Positions 11,601 to 18,863 of a stretch of DNA of 64,000 nucleotides are shown piece after piece (the first letter of the stretch is position 1; each line of letters starts with the position of its first letter). The stretch covers positions 1-64,000 of the forward strand of contig CAZAIK010000007.1 in assembly GCA_964485195.1 (NCBI GenBank), written 5' to 3'. The stretch comes from an uncultured Methanosarcinales archaeon. Lineage in GTDB: Archaea > Nanobdellota > Nanobdellia > Woesearchaeales > CAIVOO01. Position numbers and translations under genes: made by a program. The notes beneath the pieces were generated by a model. The model ran no database searches. It had not been told where the DNA came from and saw only the letters and a list, made by a program, of their open reading frames with translations.

Positions 11601-13831
11601 TTGGTTACGCATGGGACCTTGACAACGATGGGGCTTATGATGATTCAGCAAGCCAGAACGCAACATACACCTGCACGGCAACAGGAATCTACACAGTCAG
11701 CCTTAATGTAAGTGACGACGATGGAGGCTCCTCAACCGATTCAGCAACGGTGAACGTAACAGCCCTTCCTGACACCTCACCCCCTGTTGTTATGCTTGAA
11801 TCACCGGCAGACGGCAGTGAATGGAACATCTCAAATGATGTGTTATTTGAGTATAATGTAACAGATTCCGAAAGCGCCATAGCACACTGTGAACTGATTA
11901 TAAACGGCACTTCAACAATCACGGACAACTCAGTTTCAGAAGGGGTGACCCAAAACTTCACATTAACCCTTTCAGACGGGGCGTACACGTGGAGTGTTAA
12001 CTGCACTGACGCCTCCTCAAACCAGAATGAAGGGGCAAGCAGTTCAAGGTTACTGGTTATCAACACAACCTCGCCTTCAGCAGGAAACGGCACGATAATA
12101 AACTCAACAATTTATGGAGGGTTTTACGCTAACAACGCATCTTCAGATGTTTCTGAAACTCTTGTTTCAAACACAACCTGGATGCATAACTCAACCGTCC
12201 AGGGAAATCCGGTGGTGAACATCACGGGAAACAATAACCTTACTTATGCAATACTAACAAACGTAACAGCAATACATAACTGCACTGCAATAGGAAACTC
12301 AACAAGCCCAACCGAGCTTACCAACACCCAGTGCGTTAACCAGGTAGTAGACCCTTCCACAATCAGCGACAGTGACATTACGGGAACGAAAACAATAACA
12401 AACTCAATCATACTTGACTCCAACGCAACATACAATGAGATCATAACTAATTCAGAAATATACAGCTCCACTGTGAACAACTCAGAGGTTTACTACAGCC
12501 TTATTAACAGAAGCCAGGTTTATGATTCAATAATAAACTACTCAACAATCCTGGATTCGATAGTGAGGAACTCAACCATACAGAATTCAACAATAGACAA
12601 CTCAACAGTAATTGACTCAAATGTTTCCTACTCAACCATCTCTGACTCTGACATTACAGGGTCTGAAGTGACAAATTCCACAATTGACAATTCAAATGTT
12701 ACGAACTCCACTGTTGACAATTCAAACATTACCAACTCCACTGTTGACAATTCCACTATTGAGGATTCCAATATTATAAATTCAACTATCATAGACTCAA
12801 ACATAACAAATTCAACCATAATCAACGGCACAATAATCAATGAGACAATAAGCAACTCAGTGATTAACGGCACAGAGGTTTGCGGAGGAACAGTGAACGG
12901 CATAGAACTGAACGGCTCTTGCATATACTTCCCTGTGATAGAAAACTTCAGTGTACCGTCCTCGGCAAACACAGGGGAGAATGTGAATTTAAATGTTGAG
13001 ATAAGCAACCAGAACTCAAGCAATAATGAGTCAGCCAGCCCATACACTTATGAATGGAGCTTTGGGGATGGCAATGCAAACGAAGTCAAAAAGAATGAGA
13101 CTACAGATTCAAAAACACATTCATACTCCTCAAGCGGGACTTACACAGTCAGCATTGTCGTATCCAACAAGTACAATCTATCAGCAGCAGACTCAGGAAC
13201 GATTACCATTAGCGACCAGTCAAACGGGGGTGGTAGTGACGGCGGTGGTGGCGGAAGCAGCAGCACAGGAGGCTCCCCATCAGGTCAATCAGGCCTTTTG
13301 ACCCTGACCGGAGAGAAAAAGTGCTTTGACCTCGAAGACGGAGAGCCTGAGGACATTTACATCGACATAAATAAGTTAATATGCTTTGAATTTGAAGGGG
13401 AAGAGTACACCATAGAATTCACGCAGGTCACGAATGGAAGCGCAGACATGCTGATACATCCCCCAAGGATACCTGTCACACTGCTTGAGAGAGGGACAAC
13501 CATAGAGGACCTGAACGAGGACTTCACAGATGACTTAAGCATGAGGCTGAATGAGGTTGTCAGGGAAGTTGACGAACAGGGCTTCGTGAGCTGGAAGGCA
13601 GATATTACCTTAAGGCTGGTCAATCTCGGAGAAGAGGAGGAAGAAGAGTCTGTGGTTGAGGACGTGAAGGGAACACTTTCAGATGTGAAGAGAGGCGTGC
13701 TTGACGTCGCAGGAAAAATCAACCCGGCAGAAGGCGCATCACCTTACATAGGCACAGGAATAGCTGCAGGAATAGTTGCAGTGGGCCTTGCAGGATATGT
13801 GGTCTTCAGGAAGAGAAAACCAAAACTTTAA
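5684..13831 (+). CDS. giant PKD/Ig-like repeat cell-surface glycoprotein (adhesin-like)
   Basis: Signal peptide; many WDFGDG and GTYxVxLTVxDxDG PKD motifs; dense N-x-S/T sequons; Gly/Ser linker; C-terminal TM plus RKRKPKL. Confidence 0.92.
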   Translation: MKKINLFFIFAILILLAVPMGMADPAVVIQPDPANDLDTLHCVVQAGGSGYTYEWKRNGQSTSISGAYVSPSYTSAGDTWTCKVKKYYGSSIGWINIGQDSIYVYSSANQVPVVNITNPDNGESFIENTSINFAGTANDPEDGTIWDPNAYQWFSDIDGGFGTGNNISYDMLSVGTHVITLEVTDSQGGTGSDSITIVIDPQSVNQPPLVQITAPNDGDSFFNGTSILFTGSAVDPEDGVLTGTDLQWYSDVDGNFGLGTSVSYDSLSIGTHTITLVATDSNGVSANDSITITINATPANNPPVVNITLPVNGTSFSCGQLVNFEGSAYDPDNDPLTLRWFSSIDNLLGYGNTTQDILTCNATHQIDFVADDGQANATDTIYIVIGANLTTNNPPNATIISPVNGSQYVECQEILFNGTAQDVEGISSIAWIYDSASISNNLTFSRSGYYFGEGNHSITFRVTDTDGNINETTVSFEVVRHQAPTVTIGQPANGTQWNVGTLLNFSATAVNNDAVCPTNYTWIWEDNFNQIWNQSRSFSTSNLSIGNHTITAYAIDAYNRSGSDQIQIEILEIPNDLPVAQIISPNNNDSFINECQDIFFNASAYDPDGNVTEYQWVWNSNVIGSSSNFTMPASYFGNGNHTVRLIVRDNRNGQNSTTVNFTVVPHLAPSITITSPANNSNFSEGTMVNFSAVAVANDACPVNFSYTWMENAEVLANSENFSTGNLSVGTHQIVARVDDSYSLYDTDSVIVNILEIPNILPNITDITCYNETGGTALREFEPITCIAQANDPDGNITSWVWSVQNFYGPFFLNNTFNVPSPYLENGTYNVSLTVQDNDLNQSTRMEQITVQNNAPVVTLVSNVTDGTEPMEVSFTCSVQNGTGNRPYSYSFNFGNGVTDTYSGNETTLNYTIDYMQNGTYTAVCTVTDRDGDVGSANLTINVNDTVPVGNFNWTPQAPYECTNVQFTSNVSAYDGILSYFWDFMDGSNSTLENPVHNFTQNGTYNVELNVTDRDFSSSVFTNTVFVNDTVPIVEAGPDRYVVEGNNLTFIGSAIPRCDAVVDYEWYFEDDGSTMNGQVVSHNFTQNGTYTVVFTAIDSDGSRASDNLTVVVNDTAPNAQGFAIPNPVVEGNQAVLNASLSAGYDQPLNYEWNINGTIVTGEITNYTFGPYLTNNPVLVEVNLTVTDADGSADNDSIIVVVLDSVPNASFTATPNPVVEGQQATFDAGASTAFDGISNYTWDFGDGTNVTVTANPVINHNFSQNGTYLVRLTVTDLDGSTDEETLAMVVTDTVPVAGFTWDPNLPLEGEQVNFTDQSTAYDTPLSYIWDFGDNTSVSNQQNATHTYLYNGTYNVALTVIDSDGSVNSTTRQITIGNSVPSVSFTANPSSGDELLNVSFNCSAVSGNLPYTFNLVFNGGLNPNITTKTDTGVLATNSYLNGTYTATCTVTDFDGDSASSSVTILVNDLGPTAILTGNLTLYEGETGTYDASNSTSSPDSIVQYEWDWNYPSSFAIGNAVESHTFEDSGSYDVAVRVTDSDGTQDTAVITVNAINLPPTVNFLQPLYETNESTEITMQANATDPSIVDQASLIYEWDFDYRGGTFTVDNTTATPYITMNWTDDRNVTIAVRAVDKDGGVSDPDYAELLVHNVPPTPLLAGPYICSNQTVSNASNVTLFVMLEDPGNDTFVHLWNITDDTAVQINTADRNSSVTFVCTGRPTGIYNVTFEAWDDDWGYSGVYTTYINVTDSLANMPPTIVAPSENQTINAQVNTTSNFTVLAWDPNGDNLTFNFNDSTIIKGSQNQSMGFVTLPISYNYTQIGVYEINLTVCDDSGYANNCTSRLFSINVTEQAVVNQEPVADANGPYSGDEGSPVAFDGSGSYDPDGSIVAYSWDFGDGNTAAVQNPNHTYGENGSYTVTLTVVDDSGATNTTTTSALVDNVAPTADAGGPYTCAVGENLTLYGSGSDPAGINDPLGYAWDLDNDGAYDDSASQNATYTCTATGIYTVSLNVSDDDGGSSTDSATVNVTALPDTSPPVVMLESPADGSEWNISNDVLFEYNVTDSESAIAHCELIINGTSTITDNSVSEGVTQNFTLTLSDGAYTWSVNCTDASSNQNEGASSSRLLVINTTSPSAGNGTIINSTIYGGFYANNASSDVSETLVSNTTWMHNSTVQGNPVVNITGNNNLTYAILTNVTAIHNCTAIGNSTSPTELTNTQCVNQVVDPSTISDSDITGTKTITNSIILDSNATYNEIITNSEIYSSTVNNSEVYYSLINRSQVYDSIINYSTILDSIVRNSTIQNSTIDNSTVIDSNVSYSTISDSDITGSEVTNSTIDNSNVTNSTVDNSNITNSTVDNSTIEDSNIINSTIIDSNITNSTIINGTIINETISNSVINGTEVCGGTVNGIELNGSCIYFPVIENFSVPSSANTGENVNLNVEISNQNSSNNESASPYTYEWSFGDGNANEVKKNETTDSKTHSYSSSGTYTVSIVVSNKYNLSAADSGTITISDQSNGGGSDGGGGGSSSTGGSPSGQSGLLTLTGEKKCFDLEDGEPEDIYIDINKLICFEFEGEEYTIEFTQVTNGSADMLIHPPRIPVTLLERGTTIEDLNEDFTDDLSMRLNEVVREVDEQGFVSWKADITLRLVNLGEEEEEESVVEDVKGTLSDVKRGVLDVAGKINPAEGASPYIGTGIAAGIVAVGLAGYVVFRKRKPKL
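12362..12890 (+). repeat. coding pentapeptide repeat (NSTI[D/I], DSNI[T]); predicted beta-solenoid
   Basis: Around 30 consecutive 5-residue units; DNA-level near-identical AACTCCACTGTTGACAATTC with 30-bp period near 12704-12753. Confidence 0.8.
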
Positions 13832-13856
13832 GTCTTTTCTCTGTTTCTTTTAATCA

Positions 13857-14765
13857 ATGCCTTATGAATTCAACAAGGAGAGAGCATTGGCAGTCATTCC
13901 CAAACTGGTGGAGAGCCTGAGGAACAAGACATATATCTTCTCTTCAGCAGGGCTTCCTGATGAAAGAATCCCTGAAGAAATAGAGAAAGGTTCAAGGGAG
14001 CACGCTAACTTCCTGATGAACTTCTGCGCGCTGACAGCAAGGGTCCCTTCCAACGAATTATACGATGCATACGCCCGCTTCCACCTTTACCACAAAGACT
14101 TTATTGACAGCTATCCTGAAAGCAGGTTATGCAATGCATTACAAGATGAATTGCACATGGGACTTGCGAGGAAAAGGGCAGGAGAGTTGGTCAGGCGAAG
14201 GGCTGTTATAAAAAACTCTTATGACAACGACCCCAGAAACATATTTGCCAGGTTTCCGGAGCCAAGGGAGGCTGTTCGTGCAATGGCAAAAGGAAAGGAC
14301 AAGTTGCCCGGATTTGCATACAAAACAGCTGCATTATTCACCCAATATGCCCATAAATACAGATTCGCCAGTTTTGAGGACCCAAAGAGACTGTTGCCTG
14401 CTATAGACACCCACAAGATAAGGATCTTTAACACAGTGGGAATTCTTGATTATGACTCCGGAGGCAAGGCCCCCAGCAGTGTCAGGAGGTTGCTTACAGA
14501 GGATTTTGCGATTGAACTGTCCGATTTCTGCGCTGAGAATTATCTTGACATCCTTGCTCTTGACGAGGCAGTGTGGATTCTTGGCGCTGAGATATGCAAG
14601 AAAAACAATATTGCCTCCTGCGCCAACGCCTGCCCCATAATGGAGGAATGCTCCCACGAATACAAGAAGGAGCGGGGTGCGGAAATAGCCAGCAGCGTCG
14701 TCAATAACAAGAGCCAGATGAACCTTTTCAGGCAGGATAAAAAACTCACAATCCTCAAACAATAA
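13857..14765 (+). CDS. HhH-GPD superfamily DNA glycosylase-like protein
   Basis: LPGFAYKTA (HhH with Lys), PAIDTH (catalytic Asp region), C-terminal Cys cluster CKKNNIASCANACPIMEEC. Confidence 0.65.
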   Translation: MPYEFNKERALAVIPKLVESLRNKTYIFSSAGLPDERIPEEIEKGSREHANFLMNFCALTARVPSNELYDAYARFHLYHKDFIDSYPESRLCNALQDELHMGLARKRAGELVRRRAVIKNSYDNDPRNIFARFPEPREAVRAMAKGKDKLPGFAYKTAALFTQYAHKYRFASFEDPKRLLPAIDTHKIRIFNTVGILDYDSGGKAPSSVRRLLTEDFAIELSDFCAENYLDILALDEAVWILGAEICKKNNIASCANACPIMEECSHEYKKERGAEIASSVVNNKSQMNLFRQDKKLTILKQ

Positions 14766-14796
14766 TATTTATAAATGTCTGCTTCCACTATGAATT

Positions 14797-15552
14797 ATGG
14801 CAAAGGAACAGCTGTACAAAAGATTTGCAGAATATTATGATAAAATTTATTCTAAAAAAGAGTATGATAAGGAAGTTAATTTTATAGATTCTATTTTAAA
14901 GAAACCTAAGTTAAAAGGAAAGAAAATCCTTGATGTTGCGTGCGGCACAGGAAAGCACACCAAGCTACTGAAAGCAAAAGGATATTCTGTGACAGGGGTG
15001 GACATAAACCCGGAAATGCTGAAAATCGCGAGAAATAAAGCAAAAGGCGTTAAATTCATTAGAGGCGATATGAAGGAACTGGACCTGAAAGAAAAGTTTG
15101 ATGCCATAATTTGTATGTTTACATCCATAAATTATAATACAAACTTGAAGGAAATTAAAAAAACATTAAGCAATTTTTACAAAACCCTGAATAAAGAAGG
15201 GGCCGTGATATTTGACTTGGGCTTGACAAAAAAAGGCAGGGTTGGCAGGCCAAAAGATTGCGCAAACATTGACGCTTACTCTGAGGAGGATCTGCAAATA
15301 GCGAGAATAAGCCAGTGGCACCCGTCAGGAGAAGATAAGAATATATTCAATGCAATTTTTCTAATGTTTGTAAAAGACAAGGGAAAAGTAGATTTTGAGA
15401 TTGACGAGCATAAGCTGGGGGCGTTTGATCCGGAGGAAATAATCAAAACAATGAGATCAATGGGATTCAAAGTCTCTGTCTATGACAATTTTTCCCTGAA
15501 AAAATACACTAAAAAGTCAAAAAGAGCGGTTTTTGTAGGAGTAAAAGGATGA
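14797..15552 (+). CDS. class I SAM-dependent methyltransferase
   Basis: ILDVACGTG motif I; GVDINPEML; GDM; FDAIIC. Confidence 0.92.
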   Translation: MAKEQLYKRFAEYYDKIYSKKEYDKEVNFIDSILKKPKLKGKKILDVACGTGKHTKLLKAKGYSVTGVDINPEMLKIARNKAKGVKFIRGDMKELDLKEKFDAIICMFTSINYNTNLKEIKKTLSNFYKTLNKEGAVIFDLGLTKKGRVGRPKDCANIDAYSEEDLQIARISQWHPSGEDKNIFNAIFLMFVKDKGKVDFEIDEHKLGAFDPEEIIKTMRSMGFKVSVYDNFSLKKYTKKSKRAVFVGVKG

Positions 15553-15666
15553 ACAGCTATCCGCAAGCTTTATAAACCAAATATTTCTCATCAGCCAATA
15601 GGGCCCGTGGTCTAGTGGCTAGCGCATGATGTGTCATCAAACGCGTCAAGCCCGCAAATGACATCA

Positions 15667-15997
15667 CCTTGACGAGCGAGCGGAGCGAGTGAGTTAAGAC
15701 CAGGAAATTTTTGATTTCCGCTGCCTTGACGAGCGAGCGGAGCGAGTGAGTTAAGACCAGGNNNNNNNNNNNNNNNNNNNNNNNNNNNNNNNNNNNNNNN
15801 NNNNNNNNNNNNNNNNNNNNNNNNNNNNNNNNNNNNNNNNNNNNNNNNNNNNNNNNNNNNNATTTTTGATTTCCGCTGCCTTGACGAGCGAGCGGAGCGA
15901 GTGAGTTAAGACCAGGAAATTTTTGATTTCCGCTGCCTTGACGAGCGAGCGGAGCGAGTGAGTTAAGACCAGGGAATGGTTTCCTGCCTTGACGTGG
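15667..15997 (+). repeat. tandem 57-bp repeat inside the tRNA-Val intron
   Basis: Unit CCTTGACGAGCGAGCGGAGCGAGTGAGTTAAGACCAGGAAATTTTTGATTTCCGCTG starts at 15667, 15724 (cut by gap), 15879; 51-bp variant at 15936; last CCTTGACG at 15987. Confidence 0.85.
15762..15861. other. scaffold gap (100 N)
   Basis: Run of exactly 100 N inside the repeat array. Confidence 0.99.
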
Positions 15998-16134
15998 AAT
16001 ATCGCTCTGTATCGTTTCAAAATGGTGAGGGTCGCCGGTTCAAATCCGGCCGGGCCCACTATTAATCCTGACAGCTTATGCTCAGTAGCACCTGGTCAGA
16101 CAACATTTAAAAACAAAACAAGCCTCCTGGTTTT

Positions 16135-17100
16135 ATGGAAATGCAGCAGTTGATTAAGGAGTACTTCTCTTCTATTGGCATTGCTGTCAAAACTGCCTCT
16201 CTTTTGGAGAGGGGGACCAACAAAAACACTTACAGGATGGAGGCCGGGAAAAAATTTTACATCCTGAAACTGTTTGATGCGAAGATGTCATCGCGCATCC
16301 AGCAACAAATCCAGTGGCTCAGGCTCGCCCATAAAATTGATGACATAGCAATCTGCCCTCTGAACGAAAGCCTGCTGCGCATCGGAGGAAAAGAGGGTTA
16401 TTATTATGAGTATTTTCCAGGCAAGCCTGTGATGGAATCAAATATTCCCAATGTGTTTCCAATTTCCGGAAGGGTGGTGGGCCGCTTTGACAAAGCAATG
16501 GCCAAGGTTGAATCTTTTGAAGCAAACGCGAAATTTTGGAAAGAAAATGAGGAAGGGCGTGTGAAGGCAACTGTCAAAAGCCTGCAAGGGTCTGAAGACA
16601 GCTATTTAGAACAGCTTGCAGGAACAATTCAAAAAGCATACAGCCTGGCAGAATCAGGTCTTAAGAAAGCAGACATAAAGGGATGCAGAACGCAGCTCAT
16701 CCATTCTGACCTGCACTTCAACAATATCCTGTTTGACCGGAAAGCAAACAAATTCAGGGTAATAGACCTTGACGGGTTAAATCCCGGACTGCTGGCCCAG
16801 GAAATCGCGGTCACTATGAGCTATGCATTAACAGACGACGCAGGCCAGATGCAGGAGAAACACCTGGCAGAATTGCTGAAAGCTTATGATGGGGCTGTTC
16901 AGCTGCTCCCTGAGGAGAAAAGCCTGATCCCCCTTCTGGTTATAAAGCGCAAGATCACGGAGTTTATGTGGCTGTACAATAAATGGGAAGAGCGGCATTT
17001 CAGCAGGGAGGAATTTGACAGGTATCATGTTCAAACTATAAGAAACCTGAAATCCGCTGTTGAGAATTATGAGGAACTGAAGTATTTGGTGCGGATTTAG
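16135..17100 (+). CDS. aminoglycoside phosphotransferase / homoserine kinase type II family protein
   Basis: IHSDLHFNN catalytic loop, VIDLD metal-binding motif, N-terminal GTNKNTY...ILKL. Confidence 0.85.
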   Translation: MEMQQLIKEYFSSIGIAVKTASLLERGTNKNTYRMEAGKKFYILKLFDAKMSSRIQQQIQWLRLAHKIDDIAICPLNESLLRIGGKEGYYYEYFPGKPVMESNIPNVFPISGRVVGRFDKAMAKVESFEANAKFWKENEEGRVKATVKSLQGSEDSYLEQLAGTIQKAYSLAESGLKKADIKGCRTQLIHSDLHFNNILFDRKANKFRVIDLDGLNPGLLAQEIAVTMSYALTDDAGQMQEKHLAELLKAYDGAVQLLPEEKSLIPLLVIKRKITEFMWLYNKWEERHFSREEFDRYHVQTIRNLKSAVENYEELKYLVRI

Positions 17101-17291
17101 ATGGCTGAAAAAGAGGGCTTTTTGAATTTAAATCCGACGTCGTTGTTTTTGCTTCTAAACCCTGTTTATTCAAGATACAAGTTTTAACTGACAACCACGC
17201 CGGGCAGTGCCAGCCCGGAATACATAACAGTATTAATGCAAAACCTTTTTAAACCAAACACTCTAATATGTTATTCTAAAGAGGCGAATTT

Positions 17292-17786
17292 ATGGAAGTT
17301 GCTCAGTACAGCGTGAAACCGAGTGTAAGCAGTTTTCTGCTGCCGCAGTTTTTCAAGCTTATAGGGTTGTGTGCGGCTTTTTATGGAGGAATCTGGATAA
17401 ATTTTTATCTTTTGGGAAGCCAGCTGCCCTTGTGGATCACAATATTGGTGATAATAGCGCTGGCAGGCCTGCTCACAGCCCAGCTTTTCATTACCAAAAA
17501 AAGGGCAAACAAATGGCATTATGACTTCTTTTCAAACAGGGTTGAGTTTTACGGCAATAAGCTCAAGAGCATACTTTACTCTAATGTCCAGTATGTGAAG
17601 GTGAAAAGGAGCCTGTTTGAGAGGCTTACAGGCACAGGCACGATAGCACTTTCAAAGGGTTTCAAAATCAGCCACGTGAGAAATTATGAAGAAATCAAAA
17701 ATTACTTAAATCAATTAATACAAAACTTCAGGGCATACAGGGCTCAGCAGGCCTCAGCAAGGTATGCTGCTGGATATGGAGGATAA
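17292..17786 (+). CDS. membrane protein with bacterial PH-like domain
   Basis: Two TM segments, then VKVKRSLFERLTGTGTI. Confidence 0.7.
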   Translation: MEVAQYSVKPSVSSFLLPQFFKLIGLCAAFYGGIWINFYLLGSQLPLWITILVIIALAGLLTAQLFITKKRANKWHYDFFSNRVEFYGNKLKSILYSNVQYVKVKRSLFERLTGTGTIALSKGFKISHVRNYEEIKNYLNQLIQNFRAYRAQQASARYAAGYGG

Positions 17787-18863
17787 ATGGAAAAGGAAAG
17801 GTTAAGGTTTATTGTTTACTCAATCCTTCTTGTAGCTTTATTAGTCCTCGCTCTGTGGGTGATAAAGCCCTTCATACTTACCATAATCGCCGGATTGATA
17901 GCCGCGTACATCTTCTATCCCTTGCACAGGAGGCTTGCAAAACGCATCAAGAGCAAGGGCTGGTCGGCGTTCATAATAGCTGTTCTTGTAATAATCCTAT
18001 TCACAGTGCCGTTGTTTTTCCTGACGCAGGCGGTTGTTGAAGACGCATACACTTCTTACATTGTGCTTAAGCAAAAATCCGCCTCTTTGTTTACAGAGGG
18101 GAAATGCGAGGCAGAAGGGGTTGGCTGCAGATTAATAAACTGGGCCGGCAATTTTATGACCAAAAACCAGGCCAGGTTTTACTTTGAGGATGCACTAAGC
18201 AAGGTTACTCAATGGCTTATTGACAAGGCAAATGAGATAATACTGAAAATACCGGCGCTGATGCTTCAGCTTGTGGTGTTCTTGTTTGTCCTTTACTATT
18301 CATTAAAAGAGGGGGACAAGGTCATTAAAAAGATGTTCAGCGTGCTTTTCATCAAGGAGAAGCATTCTGCCACGATGATGAGGAAAACAAAGGAGATGAT
18401 TAGCTCAACCATTTATGGAATGCTTATAGTGGCGGGAATACAGGGAGCGTTGGCAGGCTTCGGCTATTTCATTTTCGGGGTGAAGAGCCCTGTGCTTTTG
18501 GGAATCCTTACGGCGTTGGCAGCTCTTATTCCCATAGTGGGCACGGCAATCGTGTGGGCCCCCACAGTGGCGGTTTATCTTGTGGATTCTGTGCTTTCCA
18601 ATAACAACACAGGCATTCTGCTCGCTTTAGGACTGCTTGTTTATTCCATATTCCCTGTGTCCACCATTGACAACTTTATCAGGCCCAAGATAATAGGAAA
18701 CAGGGCAAAAATGCATCCTATTCTGGTACTGCTAGGCATCCTGGGAGGGATTTCAGCTTTCGGAATAGTGGGCGTTCTCTTGGGGCCTATCATACTGACA
18801 TTCTTCGTAACCTTCATTGACATATACCAGGAAGAGAGGCTCGACCATGGAGCTAAGGGTTAA
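17787..18863 (+). CDS. AI-2E family transporter
   Basis: IPIVGTAIVW; DNFIRPKIIG...MHPILVLLGILGGISAFGIVGVLLGP signature. Confidence 0.9.
   Translation: MEKERLRFIVYSILLVALLVLALWVIKPFILTIIAGLIAAYIFYPLHRRLAKRIKSKGWSAFIIAVLVIILFTVPLFFLTQAVVEDAYTSYIVLKQKSASLFTEGKCEAEGVGCRLINWAGNFMTKNQARFYFEDALSKVTQWLIDKANEIILKIPALMLQLVVFLFVLYYSLKEGDKVIKKMFSVLFIKEKHSATMMRKTKEMISSTIYGMLIVAGIQGALAGFGYFIFGVKSPVLLGILTALAALIPIVGTAIVWAPTVAVYLVDSVLSNNNTGILLALGLLVYSIFPVSTIDNFIRPKIIGNRAKMHPILVLLGILGGISAFGIVGVLLGPIILTFFVTFIDIYQEERLDHGAKG

Larger units (their letters stand above)
15601..16058 (+). tRNA. tRNA-Val(GAC) with D-loop intron (15621-15657) and long anticodon-loop intron (15675-16022)
   Basis: Spliced: GGGCCCGTGGTCTAGTGGCT|ATGACATCACCTTGACG|TGGTGAGGGTCGCCGGTTCAAATCCGGCCGGGCCCA; BHB central helices GTGG/CCGC and TTGA/TCAA; TTTATAAA ~25 nt upstream. 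Confidence 0.9.

Noticed and set aside
15667..15997. CRISPR array interpretation of the 57-bp repeats
   Set aside because: The units are identical end to end with no unique spacers (apart from one variant hairpin core), lie inside a tRNA intron, and no cas genes are in the window.
15751..16059. 102-aa minus-strand ORF
   Set aside because: Antisense to tRNA-Val and runs through the N gap.
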